Source: Candidatus Woesearchaeota archaeon (GTDB taxonomy: Archaea > Nanobdellota > Nanobdellia > Woesearchaeales > UBA583). Taken from it: a DNA stretch of 64,000 nucleotides. The stretch covers positions 160,001 to 224,000 of the forward strand of contig OZ242164.1 in the NCBI GenBank assembly GCA_965205335.1. The letters run 5' to 3'. The notes beneath the pieces are model-generated. The model did not search any database, was not told the origin of the DNA, and saw only the letters and a list, made by a program, of their open reading frames with translations. Positions 37,553-47,158 of this stretch are shown piece after piece; position 1 is the first letter of the stretch; every line of letters starts with the position of its first letter. A program made the position numbers and the translations under genes.

Positions 37553-39073
37553 TTATTTTAAAGTTATAGGACTATCATCTTCTACAAGAGCAATGGCATA
37601 CTTTAATTTAGTTTTGGAATTAGAATAAATAGTAAATATTACATCACCTTTAGATACCTTATCACAAACACTCTTATGAATATAAATCCCTGCGGCTTTA
37701 TCATTTGGATTCCCAAGCATAAAAGATAATTTAGCGATTTTCCTATTATGAATAGAAACAATCTTTCCATTTTCTTGACTCCTATATTCATATTTAAACT
37801 TTGCATGTTTTGGCAGTTTTCTTCTCCCTTGTGCATCAACTATCTCATCAAACTTCTTCTTTGCAAGATCTGAATCAAGAATTAATGTTGCGACAGATTC
37901 TCCCATGCCTGCTTTTGCAGCTCCTCCCATCTCAAGAAGAAGTCCTGCCATCCAGATTGCCTTATTACGCAATTTCATCGGTTGATCTTCTGAATTGTTC
38001 AAAACTTTCAAAATATCTTCAATCTCAAGCAATGGACCTACTCCTTTTCCAATTGGAGAACTACCATCTGAAATAATAACTTTCATATTCAAACCAACAG
38101 CTTTTCCTATCTTCTCAAATCTTTTCTTAAGTCTCATTCCATTTATCCTATCATACTTAGCAGTGCGTCCTATGGGGATATCTAAAAGAACATGAGTTGC
38201 CCCAGCAGACACTTTTTTTGATAAAATTGATGCAATCATCTGCCCTTCTGAATCAATTTCTAATGGATGCTCCACATTAATTATCAAGTCATCAGCAGGG
38301 CTTAAATCCAAACCACCCCCCCAAACTATGCAAGCACCAACTCTGCGAACAACTTCATCCATTTGAGACAAAGACAAATCTACGTTTGCTATAACTTCCA
38401 TTGTATCTGCTGTTCCTGAGGGAGAAGTTATTGCCCTTGATGAAGTTTTAGGAATAATAAGCCCTGCCGCTGCAACAATAGGAGTTACAAGCATAGTAGT
38501 CCTATTTCCAGGAATTCCTCCAACGCAATGCTTATCAACAATTACTCCATTTTCCGAAAGTTCTTTAAAACTCATAAACCTTCCCACATTAATCATGGCT
38601 CTCGTTAAAGCAATCGTTTCCTTATCATCAATAGGATGAGAAGCGCAGCTTAAAACAAAAAAAGTAGTCTCAATATTTGAATATCTATTCAAGACAATAT
38701 CAGTTATAATCTCATCAAAATGTTTCTGGGAAAGTCTGATTTTTCCCTTAAACTTATCTCTGACATACTCCAAAGATTTCGTCTTGCTTGCAGGAACAAT
38801 CGTTATTCTATCTCTTCTATCCAATTCTAATTTCTCAAAAACACACTTAAAAATCCCTGCCTCTCCTTTTCTTAACTTAATATCATTAGAACTTGACTCT
38901 GCAATAAGCAACTCACAGACAAGAAAAGACCTTCTCTTCAATGAACAAACCTTAGATGAGCACACCCTAACCCTATCTCCACTATGAAGTCCTAACTCCG
39001 ATGCATCCTCTCCTAAAAGCACAACATTAAACTCATCACCAGAATCTATATTAATTCTCTTAATCCTGAACAT
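37553..39073 (-). CDS. AMP phosphorylase (thymidine phosphorylase family)
   Basis: DKHCVGGIPGN, PKTSSRAITSPSGTADTMEV, LSPADD, ASILSKK; archaeal N-terminal domain. Confidence 0.93.
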   Translation of the reverse strand: MFRIKRINIDSGDEFNVVLLGEDASELGLHSGDRVRVCSSKVCSLKRRSFLVCELLIAESSSNDIKLRKGEAGIFKCVFEKLELDRRDRITIVPASKTKSLEYVRDKFKGKIRLSQKHFDEIITDIVLNRYSNIETTFFVLSCASHPIDDKETIALTRAMINVGRFMSFKELSENGVIVDKHCVGGIPGNRTTMLVTPIVAAAGLIIPKTSSRAITSPSGTADTMEVIANVDLSLSQMDEVVRRVGACIVWGGGLDLSPADDLIINVEHPLEIDSEGQMIASILSKKVSAGATHVLLDIPIGRTAKYDRINGMRLKKRFEKIGKAVGLNMKVIISDGSSPIGKGVGPLLEIEDILKVLNNSEDQPMKLRNKAIWMAGLLLEMGGAAKAGMGESVATLILDSDLAKKKFDEIVDAQGRRKLPKHAKFKYEYRSQENGKIVSIHNRKIAKLSFMLGNPNDKAAGIYIHKSVCDKVSKGDVIFTIYSNSKTKLKYAIALVEDDSPITLK

Positions 39074-39188
39074 AAAATTACTTCAAAAAATCTCTTTTAA
39101 TAAATTAGTACCTATTGCTGGGTTAGTAATTGCAAAAAAATCCAAAAACTAAATAAATTTATATATTCATAAAAATACAAATAAAAAT

Positions 39189-40274
39189 ATGGAAGAAGAA
39201 AATCCAAGACAATTCATTGAAATTGATTCCAAAATCGGAGAAATAGGAGAAAAACTTAATTATCTCTTGTACATTAATCCAACCAATTCACAATCCGAAA
39301 AAGAAAAATTTTTTGATAGCAATTTTGTAAATGAACCAGAGTTTAAATACAAAAATTTAGATATAGACACATGGGAAATAAAATCCCAATTAGAAAACAT
39401 TGAAATCCCAAAAGGAAGTTTTGAAAACCTAATCAAGAAAAAAATCAAATTCGTAAAAATCCAGTGCGATTTAATTGGAAATATTAACAATCCTTCCTTT
39501 TTGAATCTCTCAAAAAAATTATTTGGTTGTCCCAAGCCAGAATTAGTTGCAAAAGCCTATAAAATATTAAAACTCAAAACCAAAATTAAAAAAGATGAAA
39601 AAAGAAAAAAAATTTCCTCCTTGGAATTAAAAGAATTAATGGAAAAATGTTTAAAAGATTACTCTCTGAAAGATTGGAAAATCATTCTAAGCAAAAATTA
39701 CTCAACTTCTGTTCTTAGTAATATTAAATCAATCTCTATTTGTCAGGATAGAGAGTTTGATGAAATAGATATAAGAAGACTTCTAATGCATGAAATTGAG
39801 GTTCACGTATTAAGATCTGAAAATGGAAGTAATCAAGTTCTTCCCTTCTGTTTTCAAAGAAATGACTCAGAATCATTAGGAACTGAAGAAGGACTTGCAA
39901 TATACACTCAAGTAAAAAACGATTTAATGCCTAATGGAAGTTGGAGAAGCATTGCATCAAGTGTTATAATAATAGATTCTTTAGTTAACGGAAAATCATT
40001 TGTGCAAACTTTCAATTTGCTTAAATCACTTGGACTCTCGGACGAATTCTCATGGAGAAAATGTCTTAGAACATATCGTGGGGGAGGTCTGACTAAAGAT
40101 TACATTTACTTAGAGGGTTACCTAAAAATTGAAGAATTTGTAAGAAAAGGTGGAAGTATTAGAGATTTGTACATTGGAAAAATAAGCATTTCTGATTTAG
40201 AATGGACTAAGCCCTTAGTTGAAAAAGGAATACTTAAAGAAGCCAGACATCTTCCTAATTTTTTAGAAAAATGA
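39189..40274 (+). CDS. DUF1704/MATCAP-like metallocarboxypeptidase
   Basis: HEIEVH, TEEGLA, GGLTKDYIYLEG. Confidence 0.85.
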   Translation: MEEENPRQFIEIDSKIGEIGEKLNYLLYINPTNSQSEKEKFFDSNFVNEPEFKYKNLDIDTWEIKSQLENIEIPKGSFENLIKKKIKFVKIQCDLIGNINNPSFLNLSKKLFGCPKPELVAKAYKILKLKTKIKKDEKRKKISSLELKELMEKCLKDYSLKDWKIILSKNYSTSVLSNIKSISICQDREFDEIDIRRLLMHEIEVHVLRSENGSNQVLPFCFQRNDSESLGTEEGLAIYTQVKNDLMPNGSWRSIASSVIIIDSLVNGKSFVQTFNLLKSLGLSDEFSWRKCLRTYRGGGLTKDYIYLEGYLKIEEFVRKGGSIRDLYIGKISISDLEWTKPLVEKGILKEARHLPNFLEK

Positions 40275-40711
40275 AATTAGTTATTCAAAGAGTAGACAAA
40301 GCTCAGGTTAAGGTTTGTGGAAAAACTATCAGTAGCATAAACAAAGGCTTGTTAATTTTAGTTGGATTCTCTAAGACCTTTGAGGAGAAAAAGATAAATT
40401 GGGCTGTAAGAAAAATATTAAACCTAAGACTCTGGGAATCAGATGAGAAAGGTTTTGATTTATCAGTTAAAGACATAAAAGGAGAAATATTAATTGTCCC
40501 ACAGTTCACATTATTTGGAAACTGCAAGGAAGGAAACAAACCAAATTTTGCAGATGCAATGGATTATGAGAATGCTAAGAAAAACTATGACAAACTTATA
40601 AGTGCTCTTAAAGAAAACACAGAGTTAAATGTACAGAGTGGAAAATTCGGAGTTATGATGGAACTAGAATTAATTAACAATGGTCCTGTTACTATTATTC
40701 TTGAGAATTAA
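40271..40711 (+). CDS. dtd: D-aminoacyl-tRNA deacylase (DTD1 type)
   Basis: MKLVIQRV, PQFTL, G.FG..M, NNGPVT. Confidence 0.95.
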   Translation: MKLVIQRVDKAQVKVCGKTISSINKGLLILVGFSKTFEEKKINWAVRKILNLRLWESDEKGFDLSVKDIKGEILIVPQFTLFGNCKEGNKPNFADAMDYENAKKNYDKLISALKENTELNVQSGKFGVMMELELINNGPVTIILEN

Positions 40712-41897
40712 TCTCATCAAGAAAAACCTCAATTTCATCTTTATGGTGATTAATAAAACTTCTAAGAGATTTAATATCCTTGATGTGGATTTTCCCGATA
40801 AACAAATCCCTTATGTCGTGATTTTTGACATAATCTACAACTTTGTAAAACCCCTTAAAATAAACATAATCCTTCGTAAATCCTCCATGCTCAGAAGTAT
40901 CTCTTAAATTTCTTTTTGAACGGTAAGCAACAGAAAACGCCACTTTATCCGTAAAGCCGTAGTATTTCAGTATTTCAAAAACCTCATAAAACGATTTCTT
41001 TGTTGCATAATAAGTTGCAATTACCCTGCCTGCATAAACAAACATCTGGGCTTTGGAAAGCAGACCCTTAATATATTCAGCGTATGCTGCAAGCCCCTCC
41101 TCAGTTTCAAGATAATTGGAAGTTCCCCCCTCAAGCAGTTTAGTTTTCCACTTTGAAGCATTATAATATCTCACATAATGTACTGCTATTTCATGAGTCT
41201 TAAGCCTTTCAAGATCAAGTGTCGTAAATGTTTCATTTGGATTTATTTCAATTAAATTTTGGCTTGGTTCAATATTAATCTTTGCTGCCATATCATGATA
41301 AATAACATTAATATCATTTCCTGTTAATCTCTTAACTTCTTTCTTTAACTCTGTTCCAACTTTCTTTGGAGTTATTCTAATAAACCTTACTTTTTCTCTC
41401 TTATATTCTCTGCAATATCTTATAGCTTTTCTAAGTGTTGCGCGATCTGGCTTTCCCCAGTACTTAACAATATACTTAGTAGAATTAGGACTTCCCCATA
41501 AGAGATGGTATTTTATCTGAATTAATTTTGTTTCAAGTCTTTTCCGATATAATTTTCTTATACCTGTATAACTATTCTTAAGCATTAGTCTTCTTATCTT
41601 TTTCTTATGTTTCTCAAGAAGTTGTAAATTACATTCATACTTTTCGTATTTTATCTGAGGATTGTAAACTCTATCATCTGCAAGAGCCATAAAGAACTTC
41701 TTTTTCTCTTCTTGAAGATTAATAGGTTTTGGAATTTTAAAAGAATATTTACTGACCATTTCATTATAAAGTTTTTCAAACTCAGAAATTTTCTTCAAAT
41801 ATTTCTCTTTATTAAATTTCATTTTCAATAGCCATAAACCTTTACCTAAAAACAAGTTTTTAAATTTATCTCTTAGAATTTGCCTATTACAAATCAA
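40695..41897 (-). CDS. Second DUF1704/MATCAP-like metallocarboxypeptidase; ATG near 41822 is the likelier start
   Basis: HEIAVH, TEEGLA, GGFTKDYVYFKG. Confidence 0.85.
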   Translation of the reverse strand: MICNRQILRDKFKNLFLGKGLWLLKMKFNKEKYLKKISEFEKLYNEMVSKYSFKIPKPINLQEEKKKFFMALADDRVYNPQIKYEKYECNLQLLEKHKKKIRRLMLKNSYTGIRKLYRKRLETKLIQIKYHLLWGSPNSTKYIVKYWGKPDRATLRKAIRYCREYKREKVRFIRITPKKVGTELKKEVKRLTGNDINVIYHDMAAKINIEPSQNLIEINPNETFTTLDLERLKTHEIAVHYVRYYNASKWKTKLLEGGTSNYLETEEGLAAYAEYIKGLLSKAQMFVYAGRVIATYYATKKSFYEVFEILKYYGFTDKVAFSVAYRSKRNLRDTSEHGGFTKDYVYFKGFYKVVDYVKNHDIRDLFIGKIHIKDIKSLRSFINHHKDEIEVFLDEINSQE

Positions 41898-41957
41898 ATT
41901 ACAAAAAAATTAATATTCCCAATTCTTTCTCATCCCTTATTACTGCCTTTTCTCTTT

Positions 41958-43721
41958 TCACTTAACCTTGTGAACAATAACATTCCCGACTTTTAAAACT
42001 TCAACTACTTTTTTATCCCCTATAAATCCAACATCATGATTCTGACCACCCATAGTAGGATAAAATAAAGTCTTATCTAAAACAATATACTTACTCTTTT
42101 CAAACTCAAATTCCTTAATTACATTAAACTCATCTGTATCTCTGTATGTATCTTTATAGAATAAAAGTTCCGTGGAGGGAAGGTCTGAAACAAATTCATA
42201 TAACTTGCTCTTTTTTTCCTTTAAATCTGACTGCTTTCTATTCTCAAAGAACTCATTAACTTTTGCATAAAAATTTGGAAGAACTTTAATCTTTTTTTCT
42301 TTCTTTAAGAATGCCTGAGAAATCTCATCAGGAGTAATCCCCTCTGAAATATAATATTTTATGAAATCATCACTTGTTGGCTCTTTACCCCCTTTGACTA
42401 AAACATTAATTTTATTTTCAACTTTTTGCTTATGCTCCTTATACCTTCTGACTTCATTGTCAATAATCTTTTTAATTCCTTCAAGCTCTAATTCAAGTTC
42501 TGGGTATAAATCTTTAACTTCCTGAGCCTGCATTGAAATGACATCAAATAAATCAATATCCCAATCATACTTATAAATGAATCCAAGGGCTCTTCTTAGA
42601 AGAAGTCTTAAATTGTATCCTCCTTTAACATTTGAAGGAAGAGCCCCATCAGTTAAAGCATAAAGAAGAGTTCTTGAATGATCTGCAACAGAATAAATTC
42701 CTGCAATTGGTTCAATCTGGGACTTCAAATCAGAAACATTAACATTGCCAATTCTCTTTGCTATATTCTCCCAGACTTTATCAATGTCATCAACTTCATC
42801 TAAATTCAGATTTCCTGAATATGGAAGAAACTTATTATACAAATCCCAATCAGGTTTTAAACCTGACTTCTCAAACAGATATTTGCAAACTATCGGCATT
42901 GAGGCTTCGTACTGGTTTAAACTTCCTTTTGAAAACCAACAGCATCTCTCAAGTCCCATCCCCATATCCAAGACTTTAATGTTTAAGGGTTTAATCTCGG
43001 AAATATCTTCTGCATCACTCATATCAAACCACATATAAACCTGATTTCCAAGTTCCAACCCCCTTGAAAAAAATTCCATAGAAGAACCGCAGTCTCCACC
43101 TCCAACCCAAGCGTCCTCATGAATCTGCAATTCATCCTTTGGAATTTTCATAACTTCTGTAAACCACTCAAACAAATCCTTAAAATATTTTGTTTGGTTG
43201 TATTCTTTGGGGTTAGTGAATGCTAATTGTCCAATCATGACAAAATTAGTTCCGTGCCTTCCGCTGTAACCTACATTGTCTATATCAGAAAATCTTATGC
43301 AGTTTTGGGGAATTGTAACTAATTTTGCAGGTGGCTGGGATAATCCCTTTGTAACATACGGCTGGAATCCAATTATTGATGCAATATTAAAATCCAAATC
43401 ATCTCTCCACCTCGCAACAATCGGGAATCTGTCAACATGCGTATATCCTCTTTTTGATAAAAATTTTCTGAATAGTTCATATGTTTGAGCAAACTCCATT
43501 TTCTTCTTTGCAGGAGTATTTCCGATAAATGAATAAGTTCCAACACAAGAAGTATCCCCACACACATCACGTTTAACACTTGCCCAGAACACTGTAGAAC
43601 ACTTTGAGCATTTCTGTCTTGTAAGCCCCAACTCCTCTAAAACCTTGACAGGAAAATATTTCTCAGGACTAGAACTTGCTTTCTTAATTATCTGCTTCTT
43701 TATCTTCTTTTCAATCTTCAT
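41958..43721 (-). CDS. alaS: Alanyl-tRNA synthetase, aminoacylation part only (no editing or C-Ala domain)
   Basis: Archaeal Zn knuckle; CIRFSDIDNVG..GRH, DMGMGLER, ADHSR, GGYNLR, FYPTMGGQ; stops at 587 aa. Confidence 0.93.
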   Translation of the reverse strand: MKIEKKIKKQIIKKASSSPEKYFPVKVLEELGLTRQKCSKCSTVFWASVKRDVCGDTSCVGTYSFIGNTPAKKKMEFAQTYELFRKFLSKRGYTHVDRFPIVARWRDDLDFNIASIIGFQPYVTKGLSQPPAKLVTIPQNCIRFSDIDNVGYSGRHGTNFVMIGQLAFTNPKEYNQTKYFKDLFEWFTEVMKIPKDELQIHEDAWVGGGDCGSSMEFFSRGLELGNQVYMWFDMSDAEDISEIKPLNIKVLDMGMGLERCCWFSKGSLNQYEASMPIVCKYLFEKSGLKPDWDLYNKFLPYSGNLNLDEVDDIDKVWENIAKRIGNVNVSDLKSQIEPIAGIYSVADHSRTLLYALTDGALPSNVKGGYNLRLLLRRALGFIYKYDWDIDLFDVISMQAQEVKDLYPELELELEGIKKIIDNEVRRYKEHKQKVENKINVLVKGGKEPTSDDFIKYYISEGITPDEISQAFLKKEKKIKVLPNFYAKVNEFFENRKQSDLKEKKSKLYEFVSDLPSTELLFYKDTYRDTDEFNVIKEFEFEKSKYIVLDKTLFYPTMGGQNHDVGFIGDKKVVEVLKVGNVIVHKVK

Positions 43722-43883
43722 AACTAAATACTACACAAACATATCTTTTTATAAATATTGTTAATTTAAAGGTTATGTTTTGAATTCCCCCTCGTCTCAA
43801 TTGGAAGAGGAGTAGTAATTCATCCCCACCCTTTAGCAAAACATACACCTCTTCTTCTCATATTATTCAATTCAGATTATATG

Positions 43884-44011
43884 GGCTCTGTCCGAAAATT
43901 GTTTTTTCCAAAATTTATGCTAACTATATTCAATCAAAGAAAAAAAATATTTGTCAAAAATTGCTTTATTTATATAACATTTTAAGTTCTCTTGAATTTT
44001 CGGACAGAGCC
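43884..44011. mobile_element. MITE with 8-bp TSD ATTATATG, opposite orientation to the other copies
   Basis: TIR GGCTCTGTCCGAAAATT at both ends; TSD at 43876-43883 and 44012-44019. Confidence 0.92.
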
Positions 44012-44054
44012 ATTATATGAAAAAATTTATAAGTTATAAGAATAAATCTATTTT

Positions 44055-45482
44055 ATGGTAATTCAAATTGGTTCTAAAAAACAAGAAGTCGTTGTAATTC
44101 CCACATTCAGTGAGAAGGATAAAGTAAAGTTCTTTGATAAAAAGAAAAGAAAAGAACTTGAAAAAGAAATAAAAGAATTTAGATTTAAATCAGAAGACGC
44201 TGAGATACTCTACACCAAAGTAAACAGGAAGAAAATAATCCTTTTGGGATTTAAGAAAAATTACACATTAGAAAACCTTAGAAATAATTACTCAGTATTG
44301 TTTTCATTTCTAAAATCCAAAAAAATAAATGAAGTTTCAATAAACGTTCCAAAAGAAGATACAAATGAAATCAGGGCAGTCATTGATGGAATTGACTTAA
44401 CTGACTACAAATTTGACAAGTACTTAAAAAAAGAAAAAGAAGAAAAAATAAATATATTTCTGGATGTTTCAGACAAGTTCGATTCTCTTCTGAAAAAGAG
44501 TGTGAAAACAAATTCTAACGTCAAACTTGTTCGTGATTTAGTAAACGAAAACTCATCTATTATAACCCCTCAGAAATTAGAATCAATTGTAAAAAAATTT
44601 GTAGCAAAACATAAACTAAAAAGCAGAATACTTGATGAGAAAAAAATACTCAAAGAAAAACTCAATCTTATTTACAATGTCGGAAAAGGCTCTTCCCACC
44701 CACCAAGATTGATAATAGTTGAGTATAAAGGAAACCCGAAATCAAAAGAAAAAACTGCACTTGTCGGAAAGGGCATAACATTTGACAGTGGGGGTTTGAA
44801 CTTAAAACCGACAAACTACATTGAGACTATGAAACTTGATATGGGAGGAGCGGTAACTGTATTTGGAGCATTTAAAACTGCTGTTGAATTAAAGATGAAA
44901 AAGAACTTAGTCTTGGTTATGGGATGTGCTGAAAACGTAGTTGATGCAAACTCATACAGACCAGGAGATGTTATTGAATCCTATTCTAAGAAAACAGTAG
45001 AAATTGCAAACACTGATGCCGAAGGAAGATTAGTTTTAGCTGACTGCTTATCGTACATTCAAAAGCACTACAAACCAACACACATAATTGATTTGGCAAC
45101 TCTTACTGGAGCATGTCTTGTTGCTCTTGGTCCGAGTTTAATTGCCATTATAGGAAATGATTCTCAAATGAACAGAGAGATATTTGAAGCAGGAGAATTA
45201 ACAGGAGATATGGGATGGGAACTTCCTATACATGATGAGCACAGGGAAATGAATAAATCAAAAATTGCAGATATTAGAAATCTCGGAGGAAAATATGCAG
45301 GAACTATCACAGCAGGAGCATTCTTGGAAGCATTTGTTAATGAAAAAGTAAAATGGGTTCACCTTGATATTGCTGGAGCAGCATTTGCTGAAAACCCACA
45401 TTTCCATAAATATAATGGAATTCATGCAACAGGAGTGGGAGTAAGATTATTAGTTGATTACTTGCAGGAGGATATTTTATAA
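44055..45482 (+). CDS. pepA: Leucyl aminopeptidase (M17)
   Basis: VGKGITFDSGG, MKLDMGG, NTDAEGRL, DLATLTGA, HLDIAG. Confidence 0.95.
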   Translation: MVIQIGSKKQEVVVIPTFSEKDKVKFFDKKKRKELEKEIKEFRFKSEDAEILYTKVNRKKIILLGFKKNYTLENLRNNYSVLFSFLKSKKINEVSINVPKEDTNEIRAVIDGIDLTDYKFDKYLKKEKEEKINIFLDVSDKFDSLLKKSVKTNSNVKLVRDLVNENSSIITPQKLESIVKKFVAKHKLKSRILDEKKILKEKLNLIYNVGKGSSHPPRLIIVEYKGNPKSKEKTALVGKGITFDSGGLNLKPTNYIETMKLDMGGAVTVFGAFKTAVELKMKKNLVLVMGCAENVVDANSYRPGDVIESYSKKTVEIANTDAEGRLVLADCLSYIQKHYKPTHIIDLATLTGACLVALGPSLIAIIGNDSQMNREIFEAGELTGDMGWELPIHDEHREMNKSKIADIRNLGGKYAGTITAGAFLEAFVNEKVKWVHLDIAGAAFAENPHFHKYNGIHATGVGVRLLVDYLQEDIL

Positions 45483-45663
45483 CATATTTTATAATTTATA
45501 AATTTACCTCTCTATCATCCGATAAGTTACATATTAAAAATAGCACTTGAATTTGAATCAGAACCGTATGGCTTGGAATAGATGTCTAAAAGTGCAATCA
45601 ATATTCTACAAAACCTCTCATAAAAAATAAAAACTTATAAATAACTCCTCCTATATTTTTGTT

Positions 45664-46344
45664 ATGAATAAAATTCAAGTTGTGGTTCTTGTCGCAGGGG
45701 AAGGAAAACGGCTTCTACCACTTACTAACACCATCCCAAAAGTTTTAGTTGATATTAATGGAAAATCAATACTTGAAAGATGTCTTGATAGTGTATCAGT
45801 TATAGCCTCAGAAATTATTATTATTATTAGTTATCTTGGGCATAAAATAAAAGAAAAAATCGGAAATTCATACAAAGGAGTTTCTATTAAATACGCAAAT
45901 GTTAAGACTAAGGGAACAGGTTATGCTATCTCAGAGATTAAAGACATTTTGAATGAGAGATTTATGGTAATATATGGTGATGATATTTTACGCAAAAGTG
46001 ATTTGGAGAAATCAAAACAGAATGAATTTGGGATAATTGGTGCTCATGTAATTAATCCTTCAAAGTTTGGAATTCTTGATTACGATGAAAATGATTACCT
46101 AACAGATATTGTTGAAAAACCAAAAAATCCTATAGGTAATCTTGCAAATGCAGGAGGATATACTTTAAACAAAAAGATTTTTGAACACAAATTAAAGCCT
46201 TCAATAAGAGGAGAATATGAAATAACCGATTACATTAAATATCTTATAGAAACAGGCGAAAAAATAAAAATAATAAAAACAGATTACTGGTATCCTATTG
46301 GAAACTTTGAAGAACTTAATAGAGCAAGAAGTGAGATTAAATAG
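45664..46344 (+). CDS. Sugar-phosphate nucleotidyltransferase (stand-alone domain)
   Basis: LVAGEGKRLLPLT..PK, YGDD, VEKP, RGEYEITD; no hexapeptide domain. Confidence 0.88.
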   Translation: MNKIQVVVLVAGEGKRLLPLTNTIPKVLVDINGKSILERCLDSVSVIASEIIIIISYLGHKIKEKIGNSYKGVSIKYANVKTKGTGYAISEIKDILNERFMVIYGDDILRKSDLEKSKQNEFGIIGAHVINPSKFGILDYDENDYLTDIVEKPKNPIGNLANAGGYTLNKKIFEHKLKPSIRGEYEITDYIKYLIETGEKIKIIKTDYWYPIGNFEELNRARSEIK

Positions 46345-46478
46345 AAAATCATATAATTAATCTAAAACTTCTAATTTATTTGGTAGGCAAATTAAAGGCA
46401 TTCTCAAACAATTTATCACTATTTTAGAGTTAATAAAACAAAAAATTTTTAAACTATTATCAATTACATATAAACACT

Positions 46479-47048
46479 ATGAATATAATTAAAAAGATTT
46501 TAGGTACAGCAGTCATTGGAGGAGTTCTTTTAAGTTACAATGGTCAGGTAGAACGAAATCATATTCCAGATCCTATCTGTTCTGAACCATTGCCAGAAAT
46601 AACCGATCAAAATTTTGGAACAGAACTTTATAGAAGAGCCATAAATTGTGATAGAGGACTTATTAAAAGACTAGGTACTTCAAATTTACATTATAATGCA
46701 GAAGAGGTTACCTTTAGAAATAATGGAGTAGTATATTTTGCAAGTATCAGCCAAACAAGTATAATTGTTCACTTTATGCAGAATCCTTTTACATTAGAAG
46801 GATTAAAAGGATATGTGATTGATACAGCACCAAAGGATGCTTATATGAATTCTGGCTATATACCTAATTCTTCAAATGAACTTGATTCAATTTGCGAAGT
46901 AGTTACTTTATATAATAAGCATAATGAGAAACTTTCTTCTTGGGTTTTAGCGATGGAATATACTAAAGAAGAAAAGGAATCTGCTCAAGAAATCTGTCAT
47001 ACTGTTCTAAATGGAATGAGAGATTTTTATAATTCTCACTTGGAATAA
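46479..47048 (+). CDS. Hypothetical exported protein
   Basis: N-terminal signal-like segment; several Cys. Confidence 0.55.
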   Translation: MNIIKKILGTAVIGGVLLSYNGQVERNHIPDPICSEPLPEITDQNFGTELYRRAINCDRGLIKRLGTSNLHYNAEEVTFRNNGVVYFASISQTSIIVHFMQNPFTLEGLKGYVIDTAPKDAYMNSGYIPNSSNELDSICEVVTLYNKHNEKLSSWVLAMEYTKEEKESAQEICHTVLNGMRDFYNSHLE

Positions 47049-47158
47049 TTTTTATAATCCTTCAATATATTATCCTCAAAGAATGAACATTACCTCCCAA
47101 CTTATCTAACATCTCGAATATTAGCAAAATTTATATACAAGAACAAATTTGAAAGGAT

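Noticed and set aside
43786-43860. Locally GC-rich patch upstream of alaS as tRNA or ncRNA
   Set aside because: No cloverleaf or convincing long stem found
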